This document shows, piece after piece, positions 58,386-64,000 of a stretch of 64,000 bases of DNA. The notes below the pieces were generated by a model. It searched no databases, was not told where the DNA came from, and saw only the letters and a list, made by a program, of their open reading frames with translations. A program made the position numbers and the translations under genes. Each line of letters begins with the position of its first letter. The stretch's first letter is position 1. Origin of the DNA: an uncultured Alphaproteobacteria bacterium (GTDB lineage: Bacteria; Pseudomonadota; Alphaproteobacteria; CAAHEQ01; UBA3637); the NCBI GenBank assembly GCA_934234055.1, contig CAKQGY010000001.1:14035-78034 (forward strand). Direction: 5' to 3'.

Positions 58386-59678
58386 ATGATAGATATTAAA
58401 CTGGTTCGGGAAAATCCCGATTTGGTTAAAGCCAATATCAAAAAGAAATTTCAAGATAAAAAATTGCCCTTGGTGGACGAAGTGATTGAGCTGGACAAAA
58501 AAAATCGCGCGACAATCACGGAAATGGAAGCATTGAGAGCTCAACGGACAAAACTGTCCAAGCAGATCGGTGCCCTGATGGGGCAAGGCAAAAAAGATGA
58601 AGCCGAACAAATCAAAGCACAAAGTACCGAAATCGGTGAAAAAATTACAGCCCTGGAAACCGAACAGGAAATGCTGCAAGCCGAGATCCGCCAGCGTATG
58701 ATGATAATCCCGAATATCATTGACGATTCGGTGCCGGTGGGACGCGATGACTCGGAAAATGTGGAAAATGAACGATTCGGCGAACCGGTCGTGCCGGACT
58801 TTGAAGTGCCCTATCATATTGATATTATGGAATCCTTTGACGGGATTGACCTGGACAGCGCACGGCATGTGGCGGGAAACGGGTTTTACTATCTGATGGG
58901 GGATATTGCGCGGTTGCACTCGGCCGTTTTGGCCTATGCGCGGGACTTTATGATCGGACGGGGATTCACCTATTGCGTGCCGCCGTTTATGATTCGCTCG
59001 CAGGTGGTGGAAGGCGTGATGAGCTTCGCCGAAATGGACGCTATGATGTATAAAATTGAGGGTGAAGATTTGTTCCTGATCGGGACATCGGAGCACTCGA
59101 TGATCGGGAAGTTTATTGACCAAATTATTCCGGAAGAAAAATTGCCCTATACTTTGACCAGCTATTCGCCGTGCTTCCGCAAAGAAAAAGGCGCGCACGG
59201 TTTGGAAGAACGGGGAGTCTATCGCATTCACCAGTTTGAAAAGCAAGAAATGATCGTGATCTGTAAGCCCGAGGACAGTATGGCCTGGTATCAGAAACTG
59301 TGGCAAAATACCGTGGACTTGTTCCGCAGTATGGATATCCCGGTGCGGACGCTGGAATGCTGCTCGGGGGACTTGGCGGACTTGAAAGTCAAATCGTGCG
59401 ATGTGGAGGCTTGGTCGCCGCGGCAAAAGAAATACTTTGAAGTGGGGTCGTGCTCTACTTTGGGTGATGCCCAGGCGCGGCGTCTGAAAATCCGTGTGGC
59501 CGGCAAAGACGGCAAAAAATACTTTGCGCATACCTTGAATAATACGGTGGTGGCGCCGCCGCGGATGCTGATCGCGTTTTTGGAGAATAACCTGCAAGCG
59601 GACGGAAGTGTGCGAATTCCCAAGGTCTTGCAGCCCTATATGGGTGGGCAAAGTGTCCTGGTGCCTAAGAAAAAATAG
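58386..59678 (+). CDS. serS: Seryl-tRNA synthetase
   Basis: N-terminal coiled-coil plus a class II core. ATG 58386 has an AAAGGAGAA SD. The tracked start is over-extended. Confidence 0.9.
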   Translation: MIDIKLVRENPDLVKANIKKKFQDKKLPLVDEVIELDKKNRATITEMEALRAQRTKLSKQIGALMGQGKKDEAEQIKAQSTEIGEKITALETEQEMLQAEIRQRMMIIPNIIDDSVPVGRDDSENVENERFGEPVVPDFEVPYHIDIMESFDGIDLDSARHVAGNGFYYLMGDIARLHSAVLAYARDFMIGRGFTYCVPPFMIRSQVVEGVMSFAEMDAMMYKIEGEDLFLIGTSEHSMIGKFIDQIIPEEKLPYTLTSYSPCFRKEKGAHGLEERGVYRIHQFEKQEMIVICKPEDSMAWYQKLWQNTVDLFRSMDIPVRTLECCSGDLADLKVKSCDVEAWSPRQKKYFEVGSCSTLGDAQARRLKIRVAGKDGKKYFAHTLNNTVVAPPRMLIAFLENNLQADGSVRIPKVLQPYMGGQSVLVPKKK

Positions 59679-59691
59679 GTGTGTCGAAACA

Positions 59692-59720
59692 AGCCTCGGC
59701 CGGTTGGTCGGGGCTTTTTT
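59692..59720 (+). terminator. Rho-independent terminator after serS
   Basis: agcctcggccgg-ttgg-tcggggct hairpin (with GU pairs) followed by T6. Confidence 0.6.
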
Positions 59721-59740
59721 ATAAGTTGCATTTGTGTCTG

Positions 59741-59812
59741 GTGGATTGCCGCGGGACAGACCTGTCTGTCCCGCGCAATGACAGAAGCATTCGTGTTTAA
59801 TGGATTCTTCGG
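59741..59812 (+). repeat. Repeat family 1 copy H (ggattgccgc-gggacagacctgtctgtcccgc-gcaatgac + module 2 agcattcgtgtttaatggattcttcgg), followed by G9 at 59852-59860
   Basis: Same modular structure as copies F and G. The G9 tract lies 45 nt upstream of the adhE -35. Confidence 0.8.
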
Positions 59813-59906
59813 TCGCTCCCAATTCAACCTAAGCCTGGAACGGCGTGTGCAGGGGGGGGGCGAAAAAATGGGAGTGAAAAAAGTCAAAAAAGGATGAAGA
59901 AAATGC

Positions 59907-59935
59907 TTGACTTTTGAGGGGTGTTTTGCTATATT
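59907..59935 (+). promoter_or_regulatory. Sigma-70 promoter TTGACT-N17-TATATT for adhE
   Basis: Its hexamers and spacing are identical to those of the ffh promoter. Confidence 0.5.
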
Positions 59936-59951
59936 GTGCCACAAATCACAA
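59934..59951 (+). promoter_or_regulatory. Candidate Rex operator TTGTGCCACAAATCACAA overlapping the adhE -10/+1
   Basis: Matches the 18-bp Rex consensus TTGTGAA-N4-TTCACAA in both half-sites (TTGTG...CACAA). The rex gene lies immediately downstream of adhE. Confidence 0.55.
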
Positions 59952-59986
59952 TTCAAAACTCAAAAAATAACAGAAAGGAACGAAAA

Positions 59987-62584
59987 ATGAGTGAAGTTAA
60001 ATCTTTGGAAGATTTAGAAAAACTGATTGACCGGGTCCATGTCGCACAGAATCGCTTTGCGACATTCTCGGAAGAAAAAGTTGACGCGATTTTTAAAGCG
60101 GCGGCAACGGCTGCCGATAAAATGCGGATTGACTTGGCCGAAATGGCCGTCGCCGAAACCGGTATGGGCGTGATTGAAGATAAAATTATCAAAAATCACT
60201 TCGCTTCCGAATACATCTATAACAAGCACAAAAACAAAAAAACCTGCGGAATTATCAGTCGTGATAAAATTAACGGCACAAAAATCGTGGCCTCGCCTTT
60301 GGGCGTGATCGCGGGCGTTGTGCCGACAACGAATCCGACCTCTACGGCGATTTTTAAATCATTAATCTGTCTGAAAACCCGCAACGGCATTATCTTTTCA
60401 CCGCACCCGCGCGCCAAAAAATCCACGATCGCTGCGGCGAAAGTGGTGCTGGATGCGGCCGTGAAAGCCGGCGCGCCGAAAGATATTATTGCTTGGGTTG
60501 ATGAACCGTCTTTGGAACTGACACAAGCGTTGATGACTCACCCGAAAATCCAAGCGATTTTGGCAACCGGTGGCCCGGGTATGGTTAAGGCGGCCTATTC
60601 ATCAGGCAAGCCCGCGTTGGGCGTGGGGTCGGGTAATACGCCGGCCGTGATTGATGAAACAGCGGATATTATTCGCGCGGTGTCCTCAATCCTGATGTCC
60701 AAGACCTTTGATAACGGTATGATTTGTGCCTCGGAACAATCGGTAATTGTGGTCAAAGATGTTTATGAAGATGTGAAAAAAGAGTTCGTCTATCGCGGGG
60801 CGTATCTGATGAACAAAGCCGAAATGGATAAGTTGGGCAAAATTATCCTGACCGACAAAGGAACCGTGAATGCGGCGATCGTCGGACAACCGGCACACAA
60901 AATCGCGGAATTGGCGGGCTTTCAGGTGCCGGAAAATGCCAAAATCCTGTTGGCGGAACAAACCTCGTATGATGTGAAAAACCCGTTTGCGCACGAAAAA
61001 TTGTCGCCGATCTTGGCGATGTATAAAGCCGATAATTTTGAACAAGCGGCCGAGATGGCACACGCGTTGATCGCACTGGGCGGATTGGGGCATACCTCGG
61101 TCCTGTATACCGATGAACGCAAACAAGAACGGATTGATGCCTATGCAACGATGATGCCGACCGGCCGTATCCTGATCAACAGCCCGGCCTCGCAAGGCGG
61201 AATCGGCGATCTGTATAACTTCCGCTTGGAACCGTCGTTGACCCTGGGTTGCGGCTCGTGGGGCGGAAACTCGGTCAGCGAAAATGTCGGCGTGAAACAT
61301 TTGCTAAACTATAAAACTGTTGCAGAAAGGAGAGAAAATATGTTGTGGTTTAAAGTGCCGCCCAAGATCTATTTCAAACGGGGAGCGACCGAATTGGCTT
61401 TGCGCGAATTTGAAGGTAAAAAACGCGCGTTCATTATTACAGACCGATTCTTGTTTGATTCGGGTGCGGTGCGGACAATCACGGATACCTTGGAAGCCAT
61501 TGATGTGGATTACCAGATCTTCTTTGATGTCAAGCCTGATCCGACTTTGTCCACGGTGGAACAAGCCTTGGCCATGGTGCGGCCGTATGAACCGGATTTG
61601 ATTATTGCCCTGGGTGGCGGATCGCCGATGGATGTGGGCAAGATTATCTGGCTGATGTATGAACACCCGGAAACCAACTTTGAAGACATTTCTATGCGGT
61701 TTATGGATATTCGTAAGCGGATTTGCTCTATTCCGGAATTGGGTCAAAAAGCCAAATTGGTCTGTATCCCGACAACCTCAGGGACGGGCTCGGAAGTGAC
61801 GCCGTTCTCTATTATCACGGACGATGCAACCCATGTTAAGTATGCGTTGGCGGATTACGCTTTGACACCGTCTATGGCGATTATTGATGCGAACTTTGTG
61901 GACGGTATGCCCAAAGGGCTGACCTCGGCCGGTGGGATTGACGCGATGGTGCATGCGCTGGAAGCCTATGTCTCGGTGATGGCAACGAACTATACGAATT
62001 CGTTGGCGTTGGAGGCAATTAAACAAATCTTCCGCTATTTGCCGGCGTCGTATGCCGAAGGATCCGGCAATCCCAAAGCCCGTGAAAAAATGCATAACGC
62101 GGCGACCATCGCCGGTATGGCGTTTGCCAATGCATTCTTGGGGCTGTGCCACTCTATGGCGCACAAGTTGGGCGCAATGTATAACATTCCGCATGGGATT
62201 GCGAATGCCTTGCTGATCTGTCAGGTGATTCGCTATAACGCGACGGATTGCCCGAAGAAACAGGCGATCTTCCCGCAATATCGCGCTCCGGAAGCCAAAA
62301 AACGCTATGGGCAGATTGCGCATGTGCTGTATCTGGCGGATGAAAATGTGTCCGATGACGAAAAAGTGAACCGCTTGATCAAAGCGGTGGCGGACCTGAA
62401 AGAAAAAATCGGTATCCCCAAATCCATCCGGGAATGGGGTGTTGATGAAAAAACCTTTATGGACAACTTGGATAAACTGTCGCGCTTGGCCTTTGACGAC
62501 CAATGCACGGGAGCCAATCCGGTGTATCCGTTGATCAGCGATATCAAACAACTCTATCTGGACGCGTTTGAAGGCAAATACTAG
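59987..62584 (+). CDS. adhE: Bifunctional aldehyde/alcohol dehydrogenase AdhE
   Basis: N-terminal ALDH domain and C-terminal Fe-ADH domain (GGGSPMD, plus iron-binding His residues). 865 aa from ATG 59987, with a GAAAGGAA SD. Confidence 0.9.
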   Translation: MSEVKSLEDLEKLIDRVHVAQNRFATFSEEKVDAIFKAAATAADKMRIDLAEMAVAETGMGVIEDKIIKNHFASEYIYNKHKNKKTCGIISRDKINGTKIVASPLGVIAGVVPTTNPTSTAIFKSLICLKTRNGIIFSPHPRAKKSTIAAAKVVLDAAVKAGAPKDIIAWVDEPSLELTQALMTHPKIQAILATGGPGMVKAAYSSGKPALGVGSGNTPAVIDETADIIRAVSSILMSKTFDNGMICASEQSVIVVKDVYEDVKKEFVYRGAYLMNKAEMDKLGKIILTDKGTVNAAIVGQPAHKIAELAGFQVPENAKILLAEQTSYDVKNPFAHEKLSPILAMYKADNFEQAAEMAHALIALGGLGHTSVLYTDERKQERIDAYATMMPTGRILINSPASQGGIGDLYNFRLEPSLTLGCGSWGGNSVSENVGVKHLLNYKTVAERRENMLWFKVPPKIYFKRGATELALREFEGKKRAFIITDRFLFDSGAVRTITDTLEAIDVDYQIFFDVKPDPTLSTVEQALAMVRPYEPDLIIALGGGSPMDVGKIIWLMYEHPETNFEDISMRFMDIRKRICSIPELGQKAKLVCIPTTSGTGSEVTPFSIITDDATHVKYALADYALTPSMAIIDANFVDGMPKGLTSAGGIDAMVHALEAYVSVMATNYTNSLALEAIKQIFRYLPASYAEGSGNPKAREKMHNAATIAGMAFANAFLGLCHSMAHKLGAMYNIPHGIANALLICQVIRYNATDCPKKQAIFPQYRAPEAKKRYGQIAHVLYLADENVSDDEKVNRLIKAVADLKEKIGIPKSIREWGVDEKTFMDNLDKLSRLAFDDQCTGANPVYPLISDIKQLYLDAFEGKY

Positions 62585-62587
62585 GAT

Positions 62588-63193
62588 ATGCAACGGCTGT
62601 CTAACAAAATCATCAACCGGCTGACGCTATACCATTGTGTGTTGAGGCATACTTTGACAGACAAAGCGTTTGTCGCCAGTCAAGAGTTGGCCGGTTTGCT
62701 GCGGTTAGATGACTCGCAAGTCAGAAAGGACATCGCCCTGTGCGGTGTCCTTGGCCGTCAAAAGCACGGCTATCCGGTGTCTGACCTGAAACAAGCGATT
62801 GAAAAAACACTGGGCTTTGCCGAACGCAAAGGTGTGTTCGTGATCGGGGCGGGGAATTTGGGATCGGCCCTGATAAACTATGCGGACTTTCGCGACTATG
62901 GCATTGATATTACAGCGCTGTTTGATAACGATCCGCTTAAAATCGGGCAGATTATGAATGGCACACCGGTGTATGCTTTGACGGAATTGGCCGACCAAAT
63001 GCGCCGGCAAAATATTAAAAATATCATCTTGGCCGTGCCGCCGAAAGCCGCTCAGTCCGTGGTGGATGAGGCTGTGCAGGGCGGGGCGCGGTTTATTTGG
63101 AACTTTACGCCGTGCGTGGTGCGTGTGCCCGATACGGTGGTGGTCTGCTATGAAAATATCGTCAGCGGCTTTTTGCAAATGCAAAACGGTTGA
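62588..63193 (+). CDS. rex: Redox-sensing transcriptional repressor Rex
   Basis: Winged-helix N-terminus and a Rossmann NADH domain (VFVIGAGNLGSALINY). 201 aa. Confidence 0.85.
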   Translation: MQRLSNKIINRLTLYHCVLRHTLTDKAFVASQELAGLLRLDDSQVRKDIALCGVLGRQKHGYPVSDLKQAIEKTLGFAERKGVFVIGAGNLGSALINYADFRDYGIDITALFDNDPLKIGQIMNGTPVYALTELADQMRRQNIKNIILAVPPKAAQSVVDEAVQGGARFIWNFTPCVVRVPDTVVVCYENIVSGFLQMQNG

Positions 63194-63274
63194 GCGTTCT
63201 TTTTTCGGCACACCGAAAATAAGCATTGATTTTTGATTGATTTTTCGCTATACTGCCCCGTAAAGGAAAGCAGT

Positions 63275-64000
63275 ATGAAAGTCATTACATTCGGGTGCAG
63301 GTTAAATACTTTTGAAACGGCCGTCATGAAACAGTTGGCGGGTGAAGCGCTGGACGATGTGATCGTAATTCACACCTGCGCCGTGACGGGAGAAGCCGAA
63401 CGCCAATGTCGGCAGGCTGTGCGCCAAACCGCACGCGAAAATCCGGGCAAAAAAATTATCGTGGCCGGGTGTGCCGCGCAACTGCACCCTGAGGTTTTTT
63501 CCGCGATGCCTGAGGTGTATCGGGTGCTGGGCAACCATGAGAAACTGACACGCGAATGGCTGCTGGGGGAGCAGGCTGTGGCCGTAGGTGATTTAAGCGA
63601 ACCGCCGGCGGAAATACCGCTGTTGAATGCTTTTGAGGGGCGGGATCGCGCGTTCCTGCAAATTCAGCAGGGGTGCGATCATGCCTGCACTTTCTGTATT
63701 GTGCATACCCTGCGCGGAAAAAATACCGGTATGAAACCCGAGCGGGTGATTGAACAAGCCCGTCGATTCGTAGCGCAAGGTTTGAACGAGATTGTGCTGA
63801 CGGGGGTTGATGTGGCCTCGTATCCGTATGGGTTGTGGGACTTGACACGGCGGCTGCTGACGGAAGTTGAGGGCCTGAGGCGGTTGCGGTTCGGGTCGCT
63901 GGATCCGGCGGGGGTCGGGGACGAATTGTTTGACCTGATGGCAAAGTATAAAACGCTGATGCCCTCGGTGCACTTGTCGGTGCAGGCGGGCGATAACCTG
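63275..64000 (+). CDS. mtaB: Radical-SAM methylthiotransferase (MtaB/MiaB-like), with the 3' end outside the window
   Basis: MTTase N-domain (MKVITFGCRLNTFETAVM...HTCAVT) and a radical-SAM CDHACTFC motif. It is not in the ORF track because it runs off the edge. Confidence 0.65.
   Translation, partial: MKVITFGCRLNTFETAVMKQLAGEALDDVIVIHTCAVTGEAERQCRQAVRQTARENPGKKIIVAGCAAQLHPEVFSAMPEVYRVLGNHEKLTREWLLGEQAVAVGDLSEPPAEIPLLNAFEGRDRAFLQIQQGCDHACTFCIVHTLRGKNTGMKPERVIEQARRFVAQGLNEIVLTGVDVASYPYGLWDLTRRLLTEVEGLRRLRFGSLDPAGVGDELFDLMAKYKTLMPSVHLSVQAGDNL

Overview
This 64-kb window is a chromosomal segment from a diderm (Gram-negative-type) bacterium. It has outer-membrane beta-barrels, lipoproteins, two AsmA-family giants, a NagZ peptidoglycan-recycling hexosaminidase and a SPOR-domain protein. 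It also carries a Firmicute-like housekeeping set: RNase J, Rex next to AdhE, a DUF47-PiT pair and YceD. Gene density is about 90 percent and most of the window is ordinary core genome. The core includes a partial ppiD-like chaperone gene, prfB with its programmed +1 frameshift, mrcA, the rpmH-rnpA-yidD-yidC-engB-mnmE-mnmG cluster, yejBEF, trkH, tatD, tcdA, uvrD, rnd, ffh, rpsP-rimM-trmD-rplS, rsfS-obg, sufE, birA, rnj, nagZ, serS, adhE-rex and a partial mtaB-like gene at the 3' edge. I found no full tRNA or rRNA genes. Five things stand out.

(1) A roughly 3.4-kb islet at 43.3-46.8 kb lies between the rplS terminator and the rsfS terminator. It is bracketed by two near-identical 37-bp direct repeats and a 23-nt tRNA 3'-end fragment that includes CCA. 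It encodes a tandem pair of paralogous small proteins of unknown function and a 546-aa protein with a prepilin-type N-terminus, tandem Cys-rich repeats and a C-terminal globular domain. A G13 homopolymeric tract sits in that gene's 5' region, and a strongly Shine-Dalgarno-preceded ATG upstream is currently one frame out. This looks like a slipped-strand phase-variation switch.

(2) A modular REP/MITE-like dispersed repeat family has at least eight copies. Each copy has conserved flanks (ggattgccRc ... ctcgcaatgac) around a variable GC hairpin. One copy is inserted in-frame in the uvrD C-terminal linker. A second 40-bp tandem repeat family (ccctcacacca-type) occurs at two loci.

(3) A lower-GC glycosylation islet at 52.7-55.8 kb encodes a GT32 (Och1-like, DxD) transferase, a GT2 transferase and a eukaryotic-type phosphomannomutase.

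(4) A Rex operator overlaps the adhE promoter.

(5) Several smaller oddities: an N-extended RnpA, trkH coupled to a 73-aa acidic ORF with no trkA nearby, yejBEF without a binding-protein gene, and poly-G/C tracts that co-localise with the repeats.

The ORF track uses TTG, GTG and ATG starts, so several tracked N-termini are over-extended. I give corrected ATG starts where an SD or a homolog supports them.
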